Position numbers and translations under genes: made by a program | Part shown: positions 26,571 to 35,003 of the stretch, piece after piece | How the letters are laid out: every line of letters starts with the position of its first letter | How positions within the stretch are numbered: position 1 is the first letter of the stretch | The notes under the pieces: model-generated | Database searches by the model: none | Told to the model about the DNA's origin: nothing | Seen by the model: the letters and a program-made list of their open reading frames with translations, nothing else | Source of the DNA: an archaeon | GTDB taxonomy: Archaea; Iainarchaeota; Iainarchaeia; Iainarchaeales; JAAZKV01 | Assembly: GCA_038046585.1 (NCBI GenBank) | Contig: JBBSVX010000013.1 | Location: forward strand, 6,942-70,941 | Direction: 5' to 3' | DNA length: 64,000 bases

Positions 26571-29023
26571 AAATGCATGCTCTCTTGATAATAGCAATAT
26601 TTTTAGCAGTGCTTTTGATAATTCCTACAGCAATGGCTGAGTGTGAGATAGCCCACTGCTGGTACATATCAGGAGAGATAAGCATTACCCCCACTAACAC
26701 TTGGAACGGATGCTACGCTTCAATGCCTTCCAACGTAAAAATTAACAACATATATTACCCTCTTTTGGTTTTACCCGGAAGCTACTTGTCTTCATCGGGA
26801 TTTGGAAACATTAACTTCCGATGCGATAATGGGGCAAGCGCAAGCTCGATGAACTTCGTACTGATGTACATCAATGGTGTCCGCTACACAACAAACGTTT
26901 CAGGTGGAGGGGCAGCGGTTGGTTCAGGTTATGAGTACTGTGGTAGTTCAGGGGGCTGCTATACACAAAGTGGGGTTGAGTCAGGATCAGGAAACCTCGA
27001 TCAAATGGTATCACAAACATTCTCGACAGCAGATATCGGCAAAGTATTCGATTATGCAATTAAATATATGAAGTACCCCATAGCGAACAGTTATGGAACA
27101 GAGGAAGCAAGCGACGGCTTTGGCACGGCCTATATTTCCCCTCCTCCATCACTTTTGGTTTTCGCCCAAGGGGACGAGAATTTCGGATTCTATGAAAAGA
27201 ACGGATACTACGAAAGAGAAGTGTTCTTCACTCTCGCAAACAAATTCCCGCTTGATGTGAACCTTGACGGGTACTCAATTAAATGTTCGCCTGGTGCGGA
27301 GTGCACAATAGACACAAGCAATATCGGATATACTATTAGCGGACAAAGCGGACTGATGATAATCCCCGGAAACATCAGAGTAAATAAAGGAAATTTGCCA
27401 GAATCGGTAACAATGTCACTCGACGTCAACTACAGCATCCCTCTTTTCAAAAACAAGGCCGCATGCGCCCCTTACGTAAAGAATTCGACAAGCTCAAAAC
27501 CAATGGTCTATGAGATTGGACTTCTTGACCAGCAGGACTTCCAAGTGGGACTTATTGCTGCGAAGGATCAGAACTTCTGCATAGGTGAAGACGGAATGAT
27601 AGGGCAGACAGGCCCAAGTTATGCGCCTAAAGTAAATATAGGGTTTGGCGGACCGACAAGCAATGTTGATCAGGAACTAATATCAGTGGATGAGTGCGAT
27701 TTGTACACCCCTTCATCTACCGGAACAAGAACTGATAATAATGACGCAGTATATTGTTCGCAAAGAGAGTTCCTGCTAGAACTTACAAGAAAAATTGCCG
27801 AAATCGCGCGCATAAGGGAACTAAAGGCAGCCGATAAAAATAGTACAGCACAAGAAGCCGTTTATGCTAATTTTGAAGCATACCTTAGAAAACAGGATTT
27901 TAGCACAACAAGCGTTACATCTTCCTCAAGCACTCTTGGAACTTACATCGGAGAATTCCAAAAAATAGGCCTTGAAAGCTACTTCGGGCAAACAAAAACT
28001 GAGCAGCTGGAAAAAGCTAAGAAAGTAATGGACAGCATAATATTTGAGAACACTGGAACTTTCCCCGCGGGCCTTTACACAGTAAGCATTGAGATAACCG
28101 AACTCTCTCCTCAAACAACCTCCACTTATCTCTTCAATGGAAATGCCCTGAACACCTTCTACCAGATAAAGATAAAACTCAACACAAAATCAACCCCCCA
28201 GTTCAACTGGATGTTTTACGAAATGGGAACTACAGAGCTTGATGAAAGCTCGATAGCAAGAGTACAAATAGGATCGGGAGACTATTATACTTCAAACAAC
28301 TCCAAAAGAGGGATTGTTCTTGAGATGGTTTATGACAAGAAACTCACTCACGCCGATTCAAACGCGCTCTACAATACTTTCGCAGTACCGATGATAATAA
28401 GGTCGGCAGATAAGAATGAAATTGTTGATAAGAACTTCGGGGTGGAAGTAAGAGCTGGAGTAAACCCAACTTCGCCTCCTCTTTTCACTTACTGGACCGC
28501 ATTTGCAAGCACTCTTGGAAGCGGGTGCGAAACAATAGAGAACACCGCCTTAACATCGCTCCCCTACAGAACCCCTGACACTGCGCTAGGCACATATGGA
28601 ACCGGTCTTTCGTTCAACATTGACTTCCTTAACTCGACAAAAAAGGACCAGAACATGTACTCTTCAACCGTGTTGTTCCTGCCAAAGGGCGTTGACAATA
28701 TAAACGAGGGCGTGAAAGTATACGCTCCTTTTAGGGTTATCACAAAAGACAAGACCTGTGATGGAAATTCAACTAATTTTTGCCAGACTGAAATCAATTC
28801 AGCGTCATCCACATACAATCTTTCAACATCAACTCCGCTTGCATCGGTATTCTCTAAAGTGTCTGATGGCAGTCTCTGTGTTTACCAGGGAATAAACGAT
28901 TCAGGAAAGAACCAGTGGACGGTGTTCTGGAACCAGGCACAAGTTCTAAGCGACCTTGATGCAAAGAAGAATGCAATTACTGATGCTAATATTTGCACTA
29001 CAAGAGCTATACTTGGATCTTAG
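26567..29023 (+). CDS. Large secreted hypothetical protein (818 aa)
   Basis: Signal peptide MKMHALLIIAIFLAVLLIIPTAMA. The start overlaps the previous stop (ATGA), indicating an operon with 19851 and 24858. Confidence 0.7.
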   Translation: MKMHALLIIAIFLAVLLIIPTAMAECEIAHCWYISGEISITPTNTWNGCYASMPSNVKINNIYYPLLVLPGSYLSSSGFGNINFRCDNGASASSMNFVLMYINGVRYTTNVSGGGAAVGSGYEYCGSSGGCYTQSGVESGSGNLDQMVSQTFSTADIGKVFDYAIKYMKYPIANSYGTEEASDGFGTAYISPPPSLLVFAQGDENFGFYEKNGYYEREVFFTLANKFPLDVNLDGYSIKCSPGAECTIDTSNIGYTISGQSGLMIIPGNIRVNKGNLPESVTMSLDVNYSIPLFKNKAACAPYVKNSTSSKPMVYEIGLLDQQDFQVGLIAAKDQNFCIGEDGMIGQTGPSYAPKVNIGFGGPTSNVDQELISVDECDLYTPSSTGTRTDNNDAVYCSQREFLLELTRKIAEIARIRELKAADKNSTAQEAVYANFEAYLRKQDFSTTSVTSSSSTLGTYIGEFQKIGLESYFGQTKTEQLEKAKKVMDSIIFENTGTFPAGLYTVSIEITELSPQTTSTYLFNGNALNTFYQIKIKLNTKSTPQFNWMFYEMGTTELDESSIARVQIGSGDYYTSNNSKRGIVLEMVYDKKLTHADSNALYNTFAVPMIIRSADKNEIVDKNFGVEVRAGVNPTSPPLFTYWTAFASTLGSGCETIENTALTSLPYRTPDTALGTYGTGLSFNIDFLNSTKKDQNMYSSTVLFLPKGVDNINEGVKVYAPFRVITKDKTCDGNSTNFCQTEINSASSTYNLSTSTPLASVFSKVSDGSLCVYQGINDSGKNQWTVFWNQAQVLSDLDAKKNAITDANICTTRAILGS

Positions 29024-29091
29024 TTAAAGAGAATAAACTAATTCTAAGAAAATAAACTAATCCTAAATAAAACAAAAATATCTAAATCAGC

Positions 29092-29925
29092 TTACCTAAA
29101 GAGCGCCAAGTAGATTAGTATCGCCGCAAGAACCATGATTATTAGCAGTATGATTCTGCTGTCAAAGAAAGAAAAATCAATTTTTGCTTTGCTTAATAGT
29201 GAAGGTTTTTTCTCACGCACTTCTTCCTTTGAAGAGGGCCCTTCTTTTATCATTGCTTTTTTTACTGCGTCGCCTGTTTCAAGCAATACACCGGCTGAAT
29301 ACTCAAGCCACTTTTCGGGGCTCTTTAAATCACGAAGTGTTTCGCGGGTTATTTCAACAGCGCTCTTTTCGCGGAGTGGGATATTCTCCAGGCCGCCCAT
29401 ATCCTTGCTTAACGCATTGTAAGTTATTCCATACTCATCTTCTTCTTTTTTTTCTTTTTTTATTGTAACCTGAGTCACATAAAACGGCATGAATATTTTT
29501 TTAGGATTTGAGATAACAACATTTTCTTTAGGCACGCCGAAGAACTGAGCAGTCTTTAGTTTTATCACATCATCCTGCTCTTTTTTTTCTATATTGTTCC
29601 ACTTGACATCATAATCAGAATTAGGCGCTTCGCTGAGAGCTTTTTTTAGATTTGATTTTATGAGTTCGACATTGTCAGGATCGACTGTGATCTTGTGTCC
29701 GTTAATCGAGAGCAAGCCGTCAACAGAATGTTTGATTACTCTATGACCTGCTTTTTCTTCTTCTAAATAATAGTGATAGTTGAAGAAGAAATATGGCACG
29801 AGATTGAGCCTAAGGGGGGCTAATTTATAATCGTGCCAGTTCTTTTCATTGAGCGCTTCCCTTATCTCTTTCTCAGCTTCCGTGTGCGGGACAGCCACAG
29901 GCAACAAGGGATTGCCCAAGTACAA
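29092..29925 (-). CDS. Hypothetical tail-anchored membrane protein
   Basis: 277-aa ORF with a single C-terminal TM helix (IILLIIMVLAAILIYLALFR). The rest is charged and soluble-looking. Confidence 0.5.
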   Translation of the reverse strand: MYLGNPLLPVAVPHTEAEKEIREALNEKNWHDYKLAPLRLNLVPYFFFNYHYYLEEEKAGHRVIKHSVDGLLSINGHKITVDPDNVELIKSNLKKALSEAPNSDYDVKWNNIEKKEQDDVIKLKTAQFFGVPKENVVISNPKKIFMPFYVTQVTIKKEKKEEDEYGITYNALSKDMGGLENIPLREKSAVEITRETLRDLKSPEKWLEYSAGVLLETGDAVKKAMIKEGPSSKEEVREKKPSLLSKAKIDFSFFDSRIILLIIMVLAAILIYLALFR

Positions 29926-29931
29926 TGATAA

Positions 29932-30267
29932 TCACTGTCCTTTTTTCTTTATGATCTTAACCTTTGATGGTGTAACGAGGAGTCTATCAGCGCTTACGCC
30001 TGCTATGTCTCCGTCGATTGCCTTTACTTCGGCTTTGATCTTCATTACTAGCTCCTTAAGCTTAGCCTTGTTTCTCTTATTGAGATCGGCTATTCCTACC
30101 AAAACAAGATTGCCTTGCTTTGCTTCTCTAATTATAGCGTCAGCGTCAGCATCAACAACCAAGTCTATTGGCTTAACGAATGCGTCTGCGTTCTCGTAAG
30201 TGTCTTCTTGAACTTCATCAAGGTTGTTCAAAAACTCTTCCAAGTCAACGTTGTCCTTTTTTGCCAT
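29932..30267 (-). CDS. sepF: SepF-like cell division protein (DUF552)
   Basis: Core FVKPIDLVVDADADAIIREAKQGNLVLVGIADLNKRNKAKLKELVMKIKAEVKAIDGDIAGVSADRLLVTPSKVKI matches the SepF fold pattern. The start is set at the internal Met (MAKKDN...), because the upstream 25 codons of the track ORF are Cys-rich junk. Confidence 0.6.
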   Translation of the reverse strand: MAKKDNVDLEEFLNNLDEVQEDTYENADAFVKPIDLVVDADADAIIREAKQGNLVLVGIADLNKRNKAKLKELVMKIKAEVKAIDGDIAGVSADRLLVTPSKVKIIKKKGQ

Positions 30268-30514
30268 TACTTTATCAAAGAAACCCAAATTAACCACCCC
30301 GCACAAATTCGTGCTTATACTACACTTTCCTATACAAAACATATAAAAAGCCCATCTCTATATCCAAAAATAAGTTCGCTTTCCTAACACCATACCTATT
30401 AATTGTTTTCAATCCAAGTAGTAGTGGAAGAGAGTGGACGGAAGTAAGCCTGCCTATAATACTTATTAATGCATTGGAAGAGAAGCTGTTTAGAAGCACA
30501 AGAAAAAAAAGGAT

Positions 30515-32830
30515 TTGGGAAAAATGGAAAATATTTTCGAAACACAGATGAACAAAAACACGGTTTTTCTTAACAAGGACATTATCTCTTCGCATTATAC
30601 TCCTGAAAAGCTTCCTTTCAGGGAAAAACAAATCAATGATATTACTCAAGGATTAGGCGCTGTGACAAACAACGCAAAACCAAACAATCTTTTTGTTTAT
30701 GGAAAGACCGGCTGCATCGCAGGAGACAGTCTTGTTTATACGAGCAATGGGTGGAAGAAAATAAAAAATGTCGACGCTTTGAGCGATCTTGTTTTAACTT
30801 TCAATAAGGAAACAAAAAGATATGAATGGTCCGAATTTGTATTCCTAAAGTTTGAGAACAAAGATCCCCTCCTCAAAGTTACCCTTCAAAACGGATATGA
30901 GCTCGTTGTCACCAAAGACCATCCCTTGCTTAAGTCAACAATGGAATGGTGCAAAGCAAACGAACTGCTGGCCGGAGATGAACTAGCTCTTGCGCACAAC
31001 TTGCCGTCGCTAAACGAACATGAGATGCCTCTCGCTTTGGCACGATTGCTAGGATTCACACTTAGCGATGGAAGCCTGAACAGAAGACAAAGAAGAACAA
31101 AAGACGGCAGAGGAAATTATTACAATTCCGACAGACAAAGATTTCGGTATTTTAGCATAGACAATGCCCTATTAAGCAAGGTACAGTCAGATGTCAGAAA
31201 TCTGTTCGGGGGAACACCTTCAATAATCTACCCAAAAGACAGGTGTTCACACGTCAACATCATCTCGCAGGAAGTCTGTCAGGTATTAAACTCATTAGGG
31301 GTACCATTCGGAGAGAAGAGTGGAATCATCGAAGTACCGGAGTCAGTGCTTGAGGCGTCCCCTCAAATACAAAAAGAATTTTTAAAGGCGCTTTTCTCCG
31401 GAGACGGCACAGTCAGTCAGCAAACATACCAAATAGAGTACTACTCAAATTCCAGAAAGTTTCTGCAACAAGTGGCGTGCCTGCTTTACCAAGAAGGAAT
31501 TGAATGCAAGGTAAAGTATAAGCCCGCCAAATTGAACGGTGTGACATATGATGCACACAGACTTTACATACAAGGCCAAGGAAACATAATGAAATACTAT
31601 TATAAGATAGGATTCTACAGCATTGCAAAACAGGAGAAGCTTGAAAAAATGATTGCAAAATATGTGAAGAATATGCCAGTAAACGAAAAAGGCTATGCTC
31701 TTTCACCAATAGCAAAGATTGAAGAAACATTTGAAGAATTTGTTTACGACCTCACTGTCCCAAAGAATCACAGCTTTATCGCTAATGGAATAATTTCCCA
31801 CAACACTGGAAAAACTAGTACTGTGAAGCATGTTCTTGAGCAGCTCGGAGAATTTGTAAAAAAAAGAGAGCTTTCAGTAGGCTCGGCTTACATTAACTGC
31901 AGAAGCCACTCCTCGAAATACAAAGTCTTATTGAAAGCAATAAGAGGGTTCTACCCTGAAAAAGATTTCTTGGGTTACAGCGCTTCTTTTGTTTATGAAA
32001 AACTCTTAGAATATGCGATTGAAAAGAAAGCGCACCTCATCCTAGTGCTTGATGAGATAGATAAGGTAAAGGATATTGATGATTTGGTTTACTCGCTTAG
32101 CAGGGGAAATGACGAACTCCACGGAGCAGGATCTGTTACTCTAATTGGAATCTCAAACAACCTTACTTTCAAAGAAAAGCTTGATCCTAGAACCAAGAGT
32201 TCTCTTTGCGAACGCGAAATGGTTTTTGATCCTTATAATGCGAACGAACTAAAAGAAATCTTGCACGAAAGGTGCGCCGTTGCTTTCAAAGAGAAAGCTG
32301 TTTCCGATAGCGCAATAGCGCTCGCCGCTGCTATTGCAGCACAGGAATCTGGCGACGCAAGAACCGCAGTAATGTTAATGCAGCGCGCGGGAGAAATAGC
32401 GGACAGTGAAGAAGTTACTATTGTAAGCGACAAGCATGTGGAAAAGGCAAAAGCAAGCGTTGAAGAGGAAATAATAATTTCAATGATATCAACTCTTCCC
32501 CAACAACAACAAATGGTGCTCTACGCAATTTCACAACTCACCACACAAAAGAAGGGTCTACGAAAAGTTAATGGAGAAATCGAAGAAGGAGTTCTTTACT
32601 CCGGAGAAATATTTGAATCTTATTTGGAACTTGCAAAGAAATTCGGCGAGCACACAATTACAAGCAGGTGGTATAGGCAATACATTAACGAGCTTGAAAT
32701 GTACGGACTCATATTTGTAACTAGTTCCGGAAAAGGAATCAAGGGACAAACAAGACTAATTAAACTCGGGTTTGATGCGATGAAGATAAAATCGGCGCTT
32801 GAGAAAGAACTTTTTAAGCAGATGAACTAG
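30515..32830 (+). CDS. orc1: Orc1/Cdc6 replication initiator, interrupted by an intein in the Walker A P-loop
   Basis: N-extein ...NLFVYGKTG, C-extein TGKTSTVKHVLEQL..., then AAA+ box motifs (LVLDEID), sensor regions and a C-terminal winged helix. The host protein is about 407 aa after splicing. Confidence 0.9.
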   Translation: MGKMENIFETQMNKNTVFLNKDIISSHYTPEKLPFREKQINDITQGLGAVTNNAKPNNLFVYGKTGCIAGDSLVYTSNGWKKIKNVDALSDLVLTFNKETKRYEWSEFVFLKFENKDPLLKVTLQNGYELVVTKDHPLLKSTMEWCKANELLAGDELALAHNLPSLNEHEMPLALARLLGFTLSDGSLNRRQRRTKDGRGNYYNSDRQRFRYFSIDNALLSKVQSDVRNLFGGTPSIIYPKDRCSHVNIISQEVCQVLNSLGVPFGEKSGIIEVPESVLEASPQIQKEFLKALFSGDGTVSQQTYQIEYYSNSRKFLQQVACLLYQEGIECKVKYKPAKLNGVTYDAHRLYIQGQGNIMKYYYKIGFYSIAKQEKLEKMIAKYVKNMPVNEKGYALSPIAKIEETFEEFVYDLTVPKNHSFIANGIISHNTGKTSTVKHVLEQLGEFVKKRELSVGSAYINCRSHSSKYKVLLKAIRGFYPEKDFLGYSASFVYEKLLEYAIEKKAHLILVLDEIDKVKDIDDLVYSLSRGNDELHGAGSVTLIGISNNLTFKEKLDPRTKSSLCEREMVFDPYNANELKEILHERCAVAFKEKAVSDSAIALAAAIAAQESGDARTAVMLMQRAGEIADSEEVTIVSDKHVEKAKASVEEEIIISMISTLPQQQQMVLYAISQLTTQKKGLRKVNGEIEEGVLYSGEIFESYLELAKKFGEHTITSRWYRQYINELEMYGLIFVTSSGKGIKGQTRLIKLGFDAMKIKSALEKELFKQMN
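30713..31804 (+). mobile_element. Intein (364 aa) with LAGLIDADG homing-endonuclease domain inserted in the orc1 P-loop
   Basis: Begins with Cys (CIAGDSLVYTSNGW...) and ends ...GIISHN followed by Thr. Two LAGLIDADG-like blocks (LLGFTLSDGSL, ALFSGDGTV) sit between the Hint halves. Confidence 0.8.
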
Positions 32831-32880
32831 AAAAATCGCATTCGAAAAAGGCTTAATAACAAAAAAAGCGTTGTTTACTC

Positions 32881-34539
32881 ATGCATTTGAGAAAGAAAAA
32901 TGCGCAAGGCACAATAGAATATCTTGTGATAATTGCGGTAGTGGTGGTCATAGGACTTATTGTCGTATCCATGCTAGCAAATTTTACTGGCCAAGGTTCG
33001 CAGATAACATCCGACAGCGTAAAAATCGGTTCCGCTTCGGCACCAATAAGCGTGACAAACTCGGCAGTTGACATCAGCGGAAACGGACTCCTAACAATAG
33101 GCAACAATACTGGGGAAAATGTGACCATAACAAAAGTCAAGACGGGGGACCTAGAGACTTCTTTCAACCAAACAATTCCTTCAGGAAGCCAGGATACATT
33201 CTCGCTTAGCAATCTCGGCCTCAACTGCGCCTGCGAATCGACAACAGCCGCCTCAAAAGAATGCGAATTCACCATATACACCACATCGCAATACGGAATT
33301 GTGAAGAGCGAAACAATCAAGGTAATCATTGATTGCGTGCAGAGCGCAAAAGCGAGTGATTCAAGAAGCCCGGTAGTGCTTGCAGTGCTTCCAGACATCA
33401 ATACTTGCGCGGGCTTCGGATTCACCGACGGAACGATAAGTTGTCTCACAAGAAACGGACCTGAGTGCACATCTTATGACGTGAATAATTGCTACAATGA
33501 TGGAAATATAAATGAAATTTACGACCCAAGCCTGAATGGCACTGATTATGTGATAGCCAATGATTGCTTCCAAGTGCCTACAAAGTTCTGTTCGGGTGGG
33601 GCAAGCAGCTGCGTTGGAAAAACCATTTCCATACTCTCAGGGCCCTTTCAGGGAAGTTATTCCATAAGCGAATCACTGAAATACACCAGCACATCAGGCC
33701 ACCCCGCGGGCTCCGATTATTATGACACTTACTCAGGCTACCCCGCATATTATTTTAGCGCTGATTCGCTTGATATGACTCCTAATTACTTAAGCACTAA
33801 CTGGCCCTACAAGCTTTACGGGCCAAACACCGGGGTCCCACGACCTGTTTGTGGAAACGGAGTAAGAGACGGAAACGAAGAATGTGACGGCTCTGATTTT
33901 GCATTTAATACCTGCACAATGATGGGAAAAGGATATGTTGGAGGAACGCTCGCATGCAGTTCGGAGTGCACATATAATCACGCAAGCGACAGCAATAATG
34001 TATACTGCATACCCCCTCTGACAAATTGCACTCCAAGCAATCCTTGCGAAATATTGTCCTGCGAACATCTGGCTCACATAGGCGACAGCGGCACGAGCAT
34101 GACTGGAAGCTATTACTTAAACAGAGACATTGATTGTAACAAGGGCGGCGGAAATATTGGCGCGTATGATGGTTTTGAATTTACAAGAAGATTCACAGGC
34201 ACTCTCGACGGGCGCAATCATACCATATACAACCTATTTCTGCAAAGCAGCGTGCTAGGCACAATATGGTGGACGGACATGCGCATGGGCTTATTCAGGT
34301 ACGTCGATACGGGAGGACTTGTGAAAGATTTGAATCTCGTAGACTCGAACGTCAACGGGTCCAGCAGGGTCGGATCTGTCTCCGGCGAATTTAGAGGCAC
34401 TCTCAATAACGTCCATGTTACGGGGCGCGTCTACGGCTACAGCTCGAGCTATTCTGTAGGGGGACTTGTGGGCAGGGACAACGGCGGAACTTTCATCAAT
34501 TCAACTTTCACAGGCCCCATAGAGTATTATACTTCATGA
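32881..34539 (+). CDS. Pilin-like adhesin: class III signal peptide, conserved pilin-like domain, Cys-rich myxo-type repeat and GLUG-motif beta-helix region
   Basis: MHLRKKNA|QGTIEYLVIIAVVVVIGLIVVSML. The pilin-like domain (SAPISVTNSAVDISGNGLLTIGNNTGENVTITKV) is homologous to 15693 and to the C-terminus of 12045. It carries CGNGVRDGNEECDGSDF and repeated GGLVG/GGLV motifs. The opposite-strand ORF 32853..33470 is an antisense artefact. Confidence 0.75.
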   Translation: MHLRKKNAQGTIEYLVIIAVVVVIGLIVVSMLANFTGQGSQITSDSVKIGSASAPISVTNSAVDISGNGLLTIGNNTGENVTITKVKTGDLETSFNQTIPSGSQDTFSLSNLGLNCACESTTAASKECEFTIYTTSQYGIVKSETIKVIIDCVQSAKASDSRSPVVLAVLPDINTCAGFGFTDGTISCLTRNGPECTSYDVNNCYNDGNINEIYDPSLNGTDYVIANDCFQVPTKFCSGGASSCVGKTISILSGPFQGSYSISESLKYTSTSGHPAGSDYYDTYSGYPAYYFSADSLDMTPNYLSTNWPYKLYGPNTGVPRPVCGNGVRDGNEECDGSDFAFNTCTMMGKGYVGGTLACSSECTYNHASDSNNVYCIPPLTNCTPSNPCEILSCEHLAHIGDSGTSMTGSYYLNRDIDCNKGGGNIGAYDGFEFTRRFTGTLDGRNHTIYNLFLQSSVLGTIWWTDMRMGLFRYVDTGGLVKDLNLVDSNVNGSSRVGSVSGEFRGTLNNVHVTGRVYGYSSSYSVGGLVGRDNGGTFINSTFTGPIEYYTS

Positions 34540-34714
34540 CAAATTAATTTGATAAAGGAAATTCAGATGAACCTTAGGCACTCAGCCCGAAAACTATTTG
34601 GAAAAGCCCACAACATAAAGCTAAAGCCATATTTTCTTGAAGAACGCCATCTTGGTAGTGGAAAATCCGGAAATGTAAATGAGGAACGGCTTCTTCTTAC
34701 TTGGAAAGGAAAAA

Positions 34715-34993
34715 CTATTTCTTGTAAATTCTTTTTTGCCAAACTTCCTTAAAATAAGGAAGCGAAAGGGTAGATAGCACAAATGCAGCGGAAGGCACAA
34801 GCGCATTAACAAACGGACTAGGCAAACCAGCTGCAAAAAAGAAGAGCACAACTACAAAGTAAGTAAGCACAGCTATTGCAACTTTGCGTGTCTTGCTCGT
34901 TTCCCACGCCTTGTCCATTTCCACGCGCGCGTTTCTTTCCTTTATTGAAACTATTTCTTTTTTCACGTTCATCTTCTTGGCCATATTCATCAC
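34715..34993 (-). CDS. Small membrane protein (2 TM), hypothetical
   Basis: 92-aa ORF with a basic N-terminus and two hydrophobic helices (VAIAVLTYFVVVLFFFAAGL, ALVPSAAFVLSTLSL). Confidence 0.4.
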   Translation of the reverse strand: MMNMAKKMNVKKEIVSIKERNARVEMDKAWETSKTRKVAIAVLTYFVVVLFFFAAGLPSPFVNALVPSAAFVLSTLSLPYFKEVWQKRIYKK

Positions 34994-35003
34994 CCATTAA
35001 ATG

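Noticed and set aside
30400-30440. ORB-like palindrome TCCAAGTAGTAGTGGAAG upstream of orc1
   Set aside because: It is a single copy with an atypical 8-nt spacer, and there is no inverted partner with a DUE between. It is kept only as a weak origin candidate in the findings.
32853-33470. 205-aa ORF on the - strand overlapping the start of the 32881 pilin-like gene
   Set aside because: It is entirely antisense to a gene with strong independent support (class III signal peptide, conserved domain). Its composition mirrors the sense strand, and it has no motifs of its own.
34549-34752. 67-aa basic + strand ORF after the 32881 gene, with an AAGGAAA site before an internal ATG
   Set aside because: It overlaps the 3' end of the better-supported convergent small membrane ORF 34715..34993 and has no recognisable features. 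It could be real but is not supportable.
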